From NCBI GenBank assembly GCA_032718475.1, contig JAUCBJ010005881.1:9860-73859 (forward strand): a DNA stretch of 64,000 nucleotides, read 5' to 3'. The position numbers were made by a program, and so were the translations under genes. Below the pieces are notes generated by a model, which saw only the letters and a program-made list of their open reading frames with translations, was not told the DNA's origin and searched no databases. Positions 22,792 to 36,860 of the stretch are shown piece by piece. The number at the start of each line of letters is the position of its first letter. Position 1 is the stretch's first letter. The stretch comes from Nemertoderma westbladi. Its lineage: Eukaryota; Animalia; Xenacoelomorpha.

Positions 22792-25700
22792 ATGTCCGAC
22801 ACAAAGCAAAACCTGTCAGATAGTCTCCTAGATACAACCATATGTGACCCAGACAGGAGTGTGGAACGTGTAGGACCGAAGTTCAACTCACCTCCTACTG
22901 TAAGAAAGATCATCCCTCCCGTAGTAATATCAGACCCTAGGCTAGTCCAACATCGTAGGTCTATCATAGGCACTTGGGCTCAGGTCAAGCGGGACCGAGA
23001 AGCAGCAGAACAGCAACAACCCGTGAGCCAATAACTTATTTCTCAGCGGCCCGACAGCTCCAGTAGTGCGGATACTGTAGAGCTGACACCCGAACACGGC
23101 GCAAAGATGACAGATGTGGTTTATTCGGACCCCCTTCTCATCCTTCCTGCAGCCGTACTCACTAGGTTATTGATTGCGGTGGAAGAACACCAGATCGATT
23201 GGGCGAGAAATAAGCGATAAACTAAAGATAGTTATGCGGGATACACAAGGGAAGAACTGAAGTCTATTGTCGAGTCGCAATGGAACTTCCCCGGACCCGG
23301 ACTCCCGTTTGATTTATCAGAAGCTGCCTGGGAAGACATACACAGGATGGGAGTAACCAAGGAAACCATCGATCCAGCTGTGTGGAAGAGGTCCGCAGCC
23401 GGATACGTACAGGGATTCTTCAGCTCCATGGAGCGATTAGAAGAACAACTGTTTCAACAACCCCAAGGACCTCAAGAGCAGGGACAGCTGCTTTATCAAG
23501 TTAGAGAAAGAATTCTACGAATCAGGCTAATCTTATCGGCCTTTGAAGAGGCTTCTAAAAGAAGACAAGACACGTCGTTGCAAGTTGCCGTAAAGACTTG
23601 GTTTCAACGGGTGAGTCTCCAGGTGCAAGGAACGGCTCAGTGGAAAGCCCAGCTGGATGAGCGCTCAACCCATGGAGAATCAACAGATGCTACTTTTTCC
23701 CAAGTGGAAAGTGAAGCGACGGCAGAGAAACCGCATAAGAGGAATGCCATTGACATCTATCTGTCAGACTATCAACGTTTTTTAGGTGATGAAGAGTTGA
23801 GGAGAAGGCTAGATGGACTTAGCCCTAATAGTGAAGGAACCCAGCGTGTGTTGGACGCCATCGATGTGGATATGAGAGCTGCGAACCAAGCTAGATTTGA
23901 TGAATGCCTCCGCATCACTAGAGTCCAAGAAGAACAAGTGAAGAAAAAACGTATAGAAGACAGAAAGACAGCGGCAGTGGCAGCAGCAGTGGCAGCGGCA
24001 GAAGCAGAAAGAAAAGCGGCAGTGGCAGCGGCAGAGGCAGAGGCAGAAGCGGAAAGAAAAGCGGCAGAGGCAGAGGCAGAAGTGGAAAGAAAAGTGGCAG
24101 CGGCAGCGGCCGAAGCGGAAAGAAAGGCGGCTATGACAGCGGCAGAGGCAGTAGCAGAAGCAGAACGGAGAGCTTCCGAAGAAACCACCCAATTAGAATT
24201 GGAAAACATTCAGGAGAATCAAGACTGCATAAATAAACAGTTAACAGCTAGTAATATGCAGATGATGAGTCGATCTACTCCCAAAAGACAGGGATATACA
24301 TCATCTGAGGAAGGCGATACCACCGATACTGAAGGCGGAGGAAATAGATCTCGTCTAAGCAGATGTAAAAGAACATCCCACCGTCAGAAATTGCCTGATT
24401 TGCCCCCAGCTGTTAGAAGGCAACTAAATAACACAAACTTAGGTAGTACAGAACCCACAGACCAAATAATTAAAATAGAAAGACTCCCTACTATAATAGA
24501 TGAGCCTGAAATAATTAGGCCTGTTCCCAAAGCCACCCTTTCGGTGATAGAGACACCTGTACTCCCTGAACCTACCTCTAAATTCCCTCTGCACAGCACT
24601 AAGCTATCTGTGCCCCACAGAACCACCCTTGAAAATGTTCATGTCCTGGACTCCGAGCGAAATATTCATGATTTGTCGCCCGTTGTCCCTCATCCGCCCG
24701 CTACAACGTTGGCGCCTCCCGCTTCGGCGGTCGAGTGGGTAGATGAGGGACGACGGGAGATGGGTCTCCTGCTCGGACAGCTGAGGGAACAACATTCTCG
24801 CTCCTCTCAGCAGGCCCAGGAGATGGAGGGAACTGTGCAGCAGTTAAAGGGAACGATTAGAGAGAGTAGGTTAGAGTTGCAAGAAGTGCAGCAAAGTATC
24901 GCGTTAGAACGCGATAAATTAGTAAATACACAAAAGGGTATACCACCAACCCCGGTAACAATGTGTCAACCTGTTAGGTCTGAAGTATTTCATGCGCAAG
25001 GTGTGGAGCCTACACACATATATACTGCTAGCGAAGTAGAAACTCCTATAGTGAACCCTATTAAGGGTAATTATAGACCTGTTGATAATGATATTCCCTA
25101 TAGACCTGATCATAATCCGAGAAATTTATATACCGATAACTCGATATTAAATAACACGATGGCCCAAGAAAGTTTTACGCGTCAAATGGCTAGAACCGAA
25201 GTCCGTCAAGCGGTAAAGGTGGGAGAGATAGTCAAGTTCAATGGAGAGGTCAATGGAGAGGAGATGAAATGGTTACCTTTTAATGAATATTATAAAGATA
25301 ACATACAGAACTCTGTACTATCTAATGGGGAGAAACTTAGATTCCTCATCGAGTGATTGGAAGGATCTCCCAAGTTAATGGCGTTAAAGTTTATTGGACA
25401 TCCAGACGGATTAAGACAAGTTTGGGATACACTAAACATCAGGTATGGTAATAGGAATAACATAGCTAAATATTTGTATGCAAAATTAGTAGCGCCCCGA
25501 AAGTTCATTAGCAGCGGGATAATAGAGTTTTCCGATGAGATTCAAGAGATCTGTAGACAATTAGATTGGTTAGGTAAGTCTCATGAATATCAGAGTTCTA
25601 TGGTTATTGGAGCCGTGGCTTCTACTTTACCGAAGGGTGGAGTAGGTACACGCTGGGATAAGAAAGTGTTATATATGATGGAACAACAACGACGAGACCC

Positions 25701-28700
25701 TACCATGGCTGATCTCATGTCATTCTTAGATGGAGAAGTGAAATTACAGCTTCTAAAACAGTCCAGAGAGAAGACACCGGAAAACAAGGTAAGTGAGAAA
25801 CCCGTTTCTAGGAGAAAGGTAACACCAGTGTGTTATACAGACGACTGCGAAAGCCAAACTTCTCAAGGAGAGGATAGCGGGAAAGACACTGAAAGATCTT
25901 ATTATGTCAATAAAATGCCTAAAGAACAGGTAAGTAAATTCAAGTCTCGAACCAATGACAGGAGAGAACAGGTAAGAAAAACTCCTCCTACGTCTCCTAA
26001 GAGAATTCAGGTGAGAAAGCCGAAGAAAGAACGAGTGTGCACAATGTTATTCAAAATAAGGTAAGTAACATCAAACCGAAATGTGCGCTATGTGACGGGA
26101 CCCACCGTTTGAATATGTGTGATGAATTCCTGAAGAAATCATTAACGGAGAGACGGGAAGTCATGTGGGATAAGCGGTTGTGTTATAATTGCCTCAGACA
26201 AGGACACCAACGGCGAACCTGTTACTCCGACACAAGGTGTGCAAAGTGCGGTGCGAAACATCATATCTTGTTGCACACTGAATTTGAGCGAAACAGCCAG
26301 AGTCAGGTAAGTGATTCCGAACTACATGTCCAATTCAGTGATGTGAACGACACTGACCAAAGTTCTGAGATGGAAGGATTCTATACAGATGAATTCTCCG
26401 ACGAAGGTGAATCCTGTTACATGATAAATACCGCAGTGTATCGAGCACTTACGTATGAAAAAGACACAGACAGCGACCTCACCCTAACTACTTCTGATCG
26501 ACGACCATCTTGGAAAGCGCCACCTTACAATGTAGGAATCCGAGAATTTCCTGTAGTACAGGTAAGGGTCCACGGACCTAAAAGGAGTTATGTAGTGAAC
26601 GCCCTCCTTGACTCCGGTAGTACAGGAACATTCATAGAAAAAGAACTAGCTGAAGACATCTTTGCTGGACAACCCAAGTTCAGAACTAAGCTAAACATGT
26701 CAGGAATTATGCAGGTTTGGAAATCTACAGTAATAGCGGATTATTATGTAGGTGCGTTGTCCACCCCCCAGGATGAACTAGGAGAACATAGTATAAGGTC
26801 CGTAAAAATGGTGGCGATAAAGAACTTCGCTACCACCCAAGTGGAACCTTATAACTGGGATGAGGACGATTTCACCCAGCAGCTGGAAATACCTAGATTC
26901 AACACCGATTACCCTGGAGTGCAAATACTCATCGGTCAAAACGCGCATGAAGCGCTCGAGACATTGGAGAAACGGCCCGCTCAACCGCAACCACTACAAG
27001 CTTATGCGGGAAGAACTAGAGTGGGTTGGTACTTTACTGGCCCTTCCCGTAGAACTCTCATGGAAAGATTACCGAAAGACCAGGTATATCAAGTAAGAGA
27101 ATGGGAAGTCGAGGGCAGTGAGTTAGACGATCCAACTGAGGGAACACCATACTCCTCAGATAATGACGATGTCCACCAACTTTTCGATGAGGAGAATACC
27201 ATCGATCTCCTTGAGGAAAACGAGACTTGGCAAAACCAAGGGAACTTATGTCAGCTCCTTCTTCCATCAGAACGAGACGACTATAACGACGAGCTTAATG
27301 ACGTCATTGAACGTTGTAATGCCAAGACTCGGGATGAACACGCCGTACGATTCTTTACTCAAGAGGCTGTAGAGCCCAATTCCTACGACAAGGCCCTATC
27401 GGTAGAGGAAGAAAGAGCCAAGCAGATCCAAGAGACAACTACACGTTTTCTTAAAGATCAAGGTAGATATGAGATCGGTCTACCTTTCCGAAAGCGAGAA
27501 CCAAAGTTCGTAAACAACAGACCCTTGGCGGAGAAAAGAATTGCTCAACTACATCGACGCCTTACGGCAAATTCTTCAGCTAAAGAAATGTATCAAACGC
27601 AGTTGGAGAAATTTATTAGTAAGGGATATGTGGAGCTAGTACCGGAAGAAACACTTATAACTGAGAGAACGTATTATTTAACTCACCATTACGTTCCCAA
27701 ACCCGGTAAACCCCATGAGGTACGAGTGGTGTTTGACGGCTCCGCCCTCTATATGGGCCAATCCCTTAATTCTGAATTGTTACCCGGACTCAACTTACTC
27801 CAATCCTTGTTGGGAATACTCTTAAGATTAAGACAATATTCAATCGCTTTCGCCTCAGATATAGAAGGCATGTTCTTACAAGTCAAGGCGCTGGATAGGG
27901 ATCGAGATAGCCTACGATTTCTGTGGTGGCCTGAAGGAGACCTCAACCAGAAACCGGTGGAGTACTGGATGACCATCCAGGCTTTTGGGATAATCTCAAG
28001 CCCTTCAAACGCCTGTTCAGTGGTGCGTACCACTGCGGATGACAACCGAGATGCCTTCTCTAAAGAGGTGATTGACAACATCAAGCGGGATATATACATG
28101 GATGACAATCTAAAGTCCCTTCCATCAGTCGAAGAAGCCATTGATGTCGCTAAAGGAACGGTAGAGTGCTTAAAAATAGGTGGATTTCGATTAACTAAAT
28201 TCACCAGCAACTCCCGTGAGTTTCTGGAGTCGATCCCGGTAGAAGATCGAGGAGCGAAAGACCTGGATCTAATAAAAGATGATCTCCCAGAAACTAAGAC
28301 CCTTGGTTTGAAATGGGACACAGAAAGAGATATCCTGTTTTTCCAACTAAAACAGCGAGATAATCCAGTTCGGACTAAACGTATTTGTTTAAGTATCCTG
28401 AGCACTTATTTCGATCCATTGGGATTTATTAGCCCAGTTATATTGATTGCTCGGAGTTTAGTACAACAAATGTGGCTTGAAAACCACTCATGGGACGATC
28501 CACTTAAGGGAGAATTGTTAAAGAAGTGGATGAAATGGGAAGATTCTCTACCAGCCATCGAGAACTTTATAATTTCCCGTTCATATTTTGGTCATGTTCT
28601 CCCTACGTATTCCTATCAACTCCATGTGTTTGGAGACGCCAGCAATATCGGAATAGGTATAGTAGCCTACCTAAGGGTGGAAACTCCGGACGGAATCAAA

Positions 28701-30998
28701 GTTGCCTTGGTTACCTCTAAGGCATTAATAAACAATAAGTTGAAAGTTCCTCGAGCGGATTTAAAAGCGGCTCTATACGCTACAGCCATCGGCCGGAATG
28801 TAACAGAACAGATCGACTATCCACTGGAGAAAACTGTCTATTGGACCGACGCTTTGCTCGTGTTGGAGTATATAACCAATGAAGTCTGTCAGTTCAGCGT
28901 CTTCGTTACCAACAGAGTAGCCATTATACTCAGTCGCACAACGATGGATCAATGGAGACATTGCCCCGGAACGATTAATCCAGCAGACATCGCTTCCAGG
29001 GGAGCAACTCCACAAGAACTGGTTGATACTCCAGACTGGCTAGGTGGACCCGACTTCCTCTACAAAGAAGAAGAAGAATGGCCTCCTCATCTTACTACCA
29101 CAGAGATTAGACAAGCCAAGGGAGTGGAGAAAGTCAAACCTAAAACTCAGGCGAGTAAATCGAAGTTATTCAAACCTATGGTAGATCTGTCTGTACTACA
29201 TACTTCCGGAGACGACGCCTTGGATCAGAAACCCACAGCCACAAATAAACTTGTTGTGGAAATCCGTGAGAAGGATTGGACATCTGGAATACCAGACGCC
29301 TCGCAAGGACTCTCACCTCTCCTGCAGAGAGCGATACATCACTACAGTTCCTGGAATCGGCTCTGTAAGGCCGTTACATATTTAAAAAGATGTTTTCACC
29401 ATCACTACTCCGGGATGAAGACCAAAAGTGATACCGCTCCAATAACATCGGTGCAGGTCCATGTTATTAAAGATCTTCCCAAATATAAGATATCCGACAG
29501 GTTTCTGAAGGAGAAGATCAGTTATCAGGAGCATGAAGAAACCAACAAGCAGATGCTGAGACTCCTGCAATGCTATGAGGATTCCGATAAGTATTTCCTG
29601 TTGTTGAGAAATCCGCAGATGCACTTAAGGGATCGTTTCTCTAGCACAATGATAGATGGGTTGATACGTGTTGGAGGAAGATTAACGAATGCTCCATTAT
29701 CCTTTGACACTAAGTTTCCCATACTCATTAGAAATCTTGAAATACAAGTCAAGATGATTGTAGACGTTCACAGCAAACTTTATCATGCTGGTAGGGAATG
29801 AGTTCTTAGCGAAATTCGAACTTGCTATTATTTTTATAAACCCCGTAGAGCTCTGAACCAAGTTCTTAGGAACTGCATACCCTGTAGGAAAGCATTCAGT
29901 AGGCCTTTAACACAGCGAGAGGCAGAATTACCTAGGGAACGAGTAAGCTTCTATGAACCACCCTTTACTAATACCGGTGTGGATTTATTTGGCCCTATTG
30001 AAGTATATCGTGCTAGGACTATAGTCAAGAGATGGTGTGTCATCTTTGTTTGTATGACTTGTAGAGCTATCCATCTCGACAGGGTGAACGATTTATCTAC
30101 CAACAGCTTTCTATTAAGCTTACGACGACAGATCGCTCGCTTTGGCACTAGTAACACGATGAGATCTGATAAGGGAACAAACTTCATTGGTGCCAACAAT
30201 GAAATCAAAGCTTACGTCAAAGATTGGAACCAAAGACAGGTGGACGATCAGCTACGAGTAACAGCGTCTAGCTGGACCTTCAACGCCGCCGACGCCCCTT
30301 GGTGGGGAGGAAGTTGGGAGAGATTAATAAGAAGTGTGAAAACCGCATTTCACTTTATAGTGCCGTGCCGCGCGTATCTCACCGACGAACTTTTGCGGAC
30401 GTTAATGGAGGAAATCGCCGCCTATCTCAACGAGAGACCGCTTATGCCAGTCTCATCGAGTCCCGATTCCCTGGAAGCGCTAACACCCGCGCATTTCCTA
30501 CTGAAGAAACCTGTAGCCATGCTCCCACAATCGGAAATCACAGACGGAGACGAATACTGCCGGCAAACTTGGCAACTCATGCAGTTGTTATCCCGTCGTT
30601 TCGCTGACCATTTCGAAAAACATTATCTGCCCACGCTACAACTTCGAACTAAGTGGTTTGCGCAGCAAGAAAACGTCAGCGCTGGAGACATGGTTCTTAT
30701 TGTGGATGTAGATCTTCCACGTAAGCGGTGGCAGACAGGTCGTATCATCGAGACTCACATCTCGGATGACGGTTTGGTGCGATCGGTAGAACTCGTCGTC
30801 ATGCGACGTAACTTCAAGAAACCGGGAATTGTCTTCGAGACACAGCAGCTCAATCGCCCAGTTGGTCGCTTATGTTTACTGGAAAGGGACAGAGAACTCT
30901 CCGGAAACTATGGGAGGCAAGATACTCTTCCCACGACCACCTCCCTAATCCAACAAACATCTAGGGACTATAAATTTTATTATAATCGTTTTCTTTAA
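22792..30998 (+). pseudogene. BEL/Pao gag-pol (Gag, PR, RT, RNase H, IN) disrupted by four stops and one frameshift
   Basis: Knuckles CYNCLRQGHQRRTC; PR ALLDSGSTGTFI; RT ASDIEGMFLQV and YMDD; RH LHVFGDAS, YWTD, NPADIASRG; IN TGVDLFGP, SDKGTNF, GGSWERLIRSVK; stops at 23032, 23218, 25354, 29799; frameshift near 26040. Confidence 0.93.
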
Positions 30999-32551
30999 TT
31001 TTACTTAGTAGAACGTTATTTTAGCGATTATTTAGTAGATTAGTGCAATATATATTCGGGTTTATTACTTAATTACTTATATATTATATATTTAGTGCGA
31101 CGGCGAGAAATAATTATTTTTCTCTTTCCTTACTGTCCGTATTACATTACAAATACGTAATTACAGTAAGATGAAATGTCCGTACTTATTAAAGTACAAT
31201 AAAGCTCCTACTATATTCAAGTATTATTGGTAAAGTAGAGTATTAGGAATGCAAAATTCAGATCCTCGTGTCTCGGCTAAACCAAGCTCTGGGTAGACCT
31301 TGGAAACGACTTGCCTCTTCTCACTGACATTGCTTCGTGCGATATTGCTCTCATACCGTATAGTAAATAATACATATAGTAGCGTGATGTCCTTTTAACA
31401 GTAGCGTATAACGCAAAATAAATCTGTTAAACCCTTTGACCATCTGTAATTCTAGTCGATTAAGATATCGCGGCACCCACCGATATACTTGAAAGACAAA
31501 TTCTAGAATCAGTGGTTAACGTCCCCAGACAAGTTCTGGAATAAACTGGTGCCCATCCTAAATATTAATTATTAATATTTATAAAATCTGTCGAAATTGT
31601 AGATCCTTTAAAATTCTAGTCGATTAAGATATCGTAGCACTTACCGATACTCTTAAAAGGTCAAAATTCCTAGAATCAAGGATCCCAGTCCCCAGACACG
31701 TTCTGGAATAAAATTGTGTCTATTTAACATTAAATAATAAAATTTACGGGAATAAATTTAAATTCATATATTTCAATGAATTTAATAAATTGTCATTTTA
31801 TACAATTTATAACATTCCCAAAATTCCATTAATTAATAGATCATGGGAGCGGAGATTCACTCTATTAAGTGTATTTGTGTGCGAGAATCTCCAATATATA
31901 GTCAATAGCCGATAAAATTCATAAAATCATATATAGAGAGGATATTGACAATTAAAGAATTACTATTAAATAGCATCCCAGATCTGTATGCATGAGAATT
32001 ACCCTAATTCTACCGCTAGCTTTCCATAATGTCACCATGGCAACAACCACGCTAGAATTAGAAGTGAGTTAAAAGAACAATAAAGGCTTGCCCCATTGAA
32101 TAGCATAAGGAATAAAATAGCACATTGCTAGTATCCCAGGATACCCAATAATAACGTGGCATTCTGGAAGGCACTGACTAAAGGACAAATGGCCCGAATA
32201 TGTGCGGTTTGTGACAGTTGTGTGGAATTTGTGCGTTTATAGGTGAATGTTACTACTAAAGTGTGTTTACAGTAGCGAGTCGCAATTGTGAAAGTAGCCC
32301 TAACTCTCCAGTAAGAACCTGAAGTATATCTAAGCCTTTGGGACGGACGGTGGAGTGACTCGTGCTGGTTGTTGTGGTCGTTGTGCAGCTACGACGTTGG
32401 CGATAGGCACATCGGCGAAAGTACACCAGCGCTGAAGATCTTACACTGTCCGGGGGCAAAAGAGGGGTAGGCAGCGACGCCCGCTAGCCTAATATATAAA
32501 CTCATTATAATATTGATAAACTCATAGCAGATATGACTGAGTTGATAGAAG

Positions 32552-35500
32552 ATGATCTTGGTATCAGGGAGCGATACTCTACCTTTACAAGCGTTTGTCG
32601 ATAGCTTGATACGCGGCGACGCTGGTCCAACTACTACGGAGGATGATGGTCATTATATCGAACCACCAATGTCCCCGGAGCAACTTACGCGTGAATTGGA
32701 TTATAGAAAGTTCACCGCTCGCTATACGCATCGTAATGGTACGTATATGGACTTCTTAACTACTGGCCATCCTATCGATTTACACGATACGGACGACGTA
32801 GACACCGAAAGGGAAATGGTTTTATTTAAATATCATACCCAGCGGAGTCGGAACGATAAACCGAGAATAGAACACGAGAACTCTATTCGAAACAGACTCG
32901 AAAGGGAAGACGTTGAAGAGCCGGATAAACGCAGCGACTTCAACGATTATCTGGAATTCCTGAGAGAGACATACCTCAATATTGCCAGTCAACAAAATCT
33001 CGAAACTCGATATCCTCAAGGTATACATCATGACCCTATGATAGAACTCAAACGACTCTCTTTCACTATGATGTATCTCACCGCCGATCGACCGCTACCT
33101 GTCGTCCCAGATAGCTTCGAACAGATGGAGGAATATTGTAAAACTGGAGAACGATCACCCGCGTTTCCCCTGCAGGACGTGCGTCTTTGGTATTACTGCG
33201 ACGAGTGCCCTAGACCCAATCAGCAAACGGAAAGACATAAACATCCGCGGAGACGTTGCGCTAAACACAGTTTTACACGATATACTTATGGGAGTTTCGA
33301 GCGAAACCTGTTCGACGTATCCCCTACGGTTGCTCGACTCAAACGATCCTTGAACAAACCAATGATCAGAGTTCCGGAATACTCGGTCAGACCTCCTCAT
33401 TCCTCAGTTAGACCTCAGACTCTTGATCCTAATAGTATCACGGATCCTCCCGAACTGTATTCGCTGTTCAAAGATCTAGTGTTACCCGAACAGTTGATCG
33501 GTGGCACTCCGGTAGTAGGCTCACTAGATATTCGCCAACCCTACCTAACTGGATTGGGACGCGGTCATCTAATATCGCCGTTTAACCCACACAACCGTCC
33601 CGGCTTCACCTCGATACAACCCGTTACGGAAGTCGAAGAGAGCGTCGTACGAAATGCGTTAGACGCTATTCGGCAGAAAATTGGAAAGGGAACTTACGAT
33701 TGTTTGGAGAAACGTAAATTGCAACAACAAGTCCAAGCGGTGAAGGAATTAGCTTTACCCCAGTTCGAAAGAGAAATACAAAATCTCGAGGAGGACATCG
33801 AATGTGGACGAACCCACTCTTTACAAGAGTTCCTAGATGAGCGTCTACAACAACAAGCGGATGAAAATCAGCTCGAGGAGAGACATATAGAAATGGATGA
33901 GAGAGAAGAAGCAGCTTTAGCTCAACCCGAAGCTCAAATCCTTATGACGGATCTCTACTCTAAAACCATCCTTCATCCCTCGATGGTTCCCAATTTTGGA
34001 GACAAACTCTTTGCGACGGTACAACCCCAACCGGTTGATATCAACCTAAGATCTCGAGATCTTATCGCTGACGCTCCCATGTTGCAACGTCCGCCCATCG
34101 AAGCCGCTCGTGTCGATGGTATACTCGTTGAACCTCCGGACAATAGAGTGGATCTTGTCCGTCGCATGGTACACGATGTAAACATACGCGCTAGACCTTT
34201 ACCGGACTCGTTTTATGGGATCAAAGATCACCCTTATTACGTCAACCTAACACAATATTACATGGTAAAACCGGAAGATCCTACACATAGTCTGAGGTTT
34301 CTGCCTCTCATAAATCCTCTCGATCTTGTCGAACTCGAACAACTGCATAAACATCTGGATCAGTTAGTTAAGATAAACTCATTTCGAAAACCATACAATG
34401 TTTCCAGAATAGAGAAAGAAACAATACCTCCGTATAATCTTGATGGATTCATCAAAACTCGTTTAGTACACTGGAATCTTGACGTGTTATTCGAGGAAGA
34501 AAGAATACAACGATATGGAGATGTGGAAACATATACCACACAATATTTAAAGTATAGAGACCTACCTAATGCTAGCGAATGCGCTACCTTGTGGCATCCT
34601 GTGGGAATGACCCTCGAAAACGCCACTAAAGAGTGGAATGAGACTCTTAACGTTATCGAGATGTATGGAGTTGTCACCTACGACAACGAAGGTAGCGTTC
34701 CGGTTGGAGAACTGGGAACTACGCGGATGATACACATATGAGGACTCGCTGGTTCTGCCCACGTATTTACTCGAGCGTGTTCCGATGTGATTGATTATTC
34801 TTTTGAAACTCTTACTGAGACACAAAGAGACTCCGACATGGACAATTCGAGCTCGCGCAGCGTTACGTCGCCGACACCAAGCGCAAACCGGCCATGGGTA
34901 TCGATGGATCGATGTTACCCCAGCCCGTGCTCGAGATGTTGTTTAACGAAAGAATCCTTAAAATCGGCTCAGCTGTTTATGGAGATCTACAAAACGACTT
35001 TCGGAATATGGAGAACATTCCATACCCTTTCGTGGATACTCAGCTGATTGCTCCCTGGGCAGAAGGCCGAGGTTTCTTCTGCACTATGTATGCCAATACA
35101 CCCAGCGGCATTACTAAAGTACAACGAACCTCCATCGGACATCTTGCCTTTCAAGAATACGGATGGAATTTCAAGGTTGGAAATCCTAAAAATTACCAAC
35201 AAGTATATGGAGATCATTATTCTCGTTTATACTTTGATGGACCATTGACCGCACCTGGCGCCGTGTATAGCTTTATGAGTGTTCCACTTCGTCCCTCCTT
35301 AGCTATATACACGATCTTTGAAAACGCAGCACTTGCCGGTTGGCTAGCCGATGTGTGCAGTCGTACCATACGCGCCCATCCCTTAATACTTGGAACCAAA
35401 CTCGCCAAGTTAGATGAACACAATAAATTCATCCGCTTCGAATGTTTCAGGCGCTTTCTGACTCCGTTCCATAACGTTGATAGTCAGTTCAAGGACCGCG

Positions 35501-36537
35501 CTCTGACCAAACTCAGCCTAAGAGACTCAGCTGCGGAGAAGCTAAACAGCGCGGGATTTGCCCTCTTTCAGGACGTTTGTATACAGAACTTACATTCATC
35601 TGTTATACAAAGACCCCGAATACCCACGGGTTATTCTGTCGTGGAAGTTCAGACAGTGGGTCCGCTTGCGGAGACAGCCGCACCTACCTCAGCTATGCAA
35701 TTGGAAGACGAACCAATCTGCTTAGAGTCTGAAGCGATCCAGCCTACAGCGCCCCGGAGCAGCGATAACGATTACGTCTTGGAGTGGTATCAAGGTCCAC
35801 AATGTCTCACCGCATACGATTATCGACACGCCAACTATGTTTCTCGAAAACGTTGCCGATTATGCGCATCGAGAGACCATTTCACCCCTATGGACTCAGA
35901 CGTACCCTGCTCCTATTTCCACGAACAACCGATGATGGAGATCTATTGTGCGTATTGCAGACTTAATAACTCGCATATTTTTGCAGTCTGCCCCCAATTT
36001 ATGACCCAATGCCACCACTGTCAACTTAAAGGACATGCCAGTTATAATTGCCCCTTTAACCGCGATTTAGAAAGCGTAGATGAGATGATTACCCTGCGCT
36101 ACATCCGAGCTTGGGAAGCGAACGCGGATTTACATTGTGAGTCACGCCATCGCTACTACCCTGGACGCTCTTACGAGGGAGTTTACGCATTCCATCCTTA
36201 TTTATTCGCGTCTGTGGAACAAAAAACACGCACACCGAGTTACGAACTAATGAAGCGTGTTGGTGAGTGTATTTCAACCAAATTTGTTCGAAAATATCTT
36301 AGGAACGTCAATCCTAACGATATTACTTCATATCATTTGATCAATTTCATCCGTCAAGACCCTGAGTATGGCGATTTATTTATCAACTCGCACCCTGAGT
36401 TACAGGAAGTATCTCGACGGCCCTACGAATATCGAGCCCGAGAACGCGAGCTGGAAAGAACCATTAAACCAAGAAGTTTCTCACCACTCACGGTCCGCCT
36501 ACCGCCATTGTCCAGACGACCCGTCAAGGACCCGTAG
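32552..36537 (+). pseudogene. Accessory ORF of element 2: unknown N-terminal region, DEDDy 3'-5' exonuclease-like domain, triple zinc knuckle (stop at 34739, frameshift ~34820)
   Basis: VVTYDNEG (ExoI-like), LPQPVLEMLFNERILKIGSAVYGDL (ExoII-like), FVDTQ, PLRPSLAIYTIFE (ExoIII-like); CAYCRLNNSHIFAVC, CHHCQLKGHASYNC. Confidence 0.7.
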
Positions 36538-36860
36538 GAGCTGCTGTCCTAAGACACGCCCTAAAGGCTGTTAGACCTCGCTCCACTGAAATTGATATCG
36601 ATCAACCAGGTACCTCGACCGGCGGATACAGCGATCGTAATCCTAAACCTTCTGATGCAATTGTATTGCACCCTTCACCCAGGAGCTACAGCCCTCCTAG
36701 TAAAGTGGCTCGCCCCAAAGAGAAAAGGACTCTTGCTAACCTCAAAAAACTGCGTAAACGCCGTCCGCGTAAGAAAGACTAACTGTTTAGAGTATTTTTA
36801 TATTTTAGAAACTGTGATTGGTTATATTTTATAGACTTAAATCCCATTTTCTGGGTGCGG

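Noticed and set aside
23772-24209. Antisense Ala/Ser- and Cys-rich ORFs
   Set aside because: Shadow frames of the low-complexity Ala/Glu coiled-coil region of Gag
26000-26064. Programmed gag-pol frameshift
   Set aside because: Lies upstream of the Gag knuckles, no clear slippery heptamer, BEL/Pao usually have one ORF, and element 1 is continuous here
32552-36537. env gene
   Set aside because: No signal peptide or transmembrane anchor visible; has knuckle and exonuclease-like motifs instead
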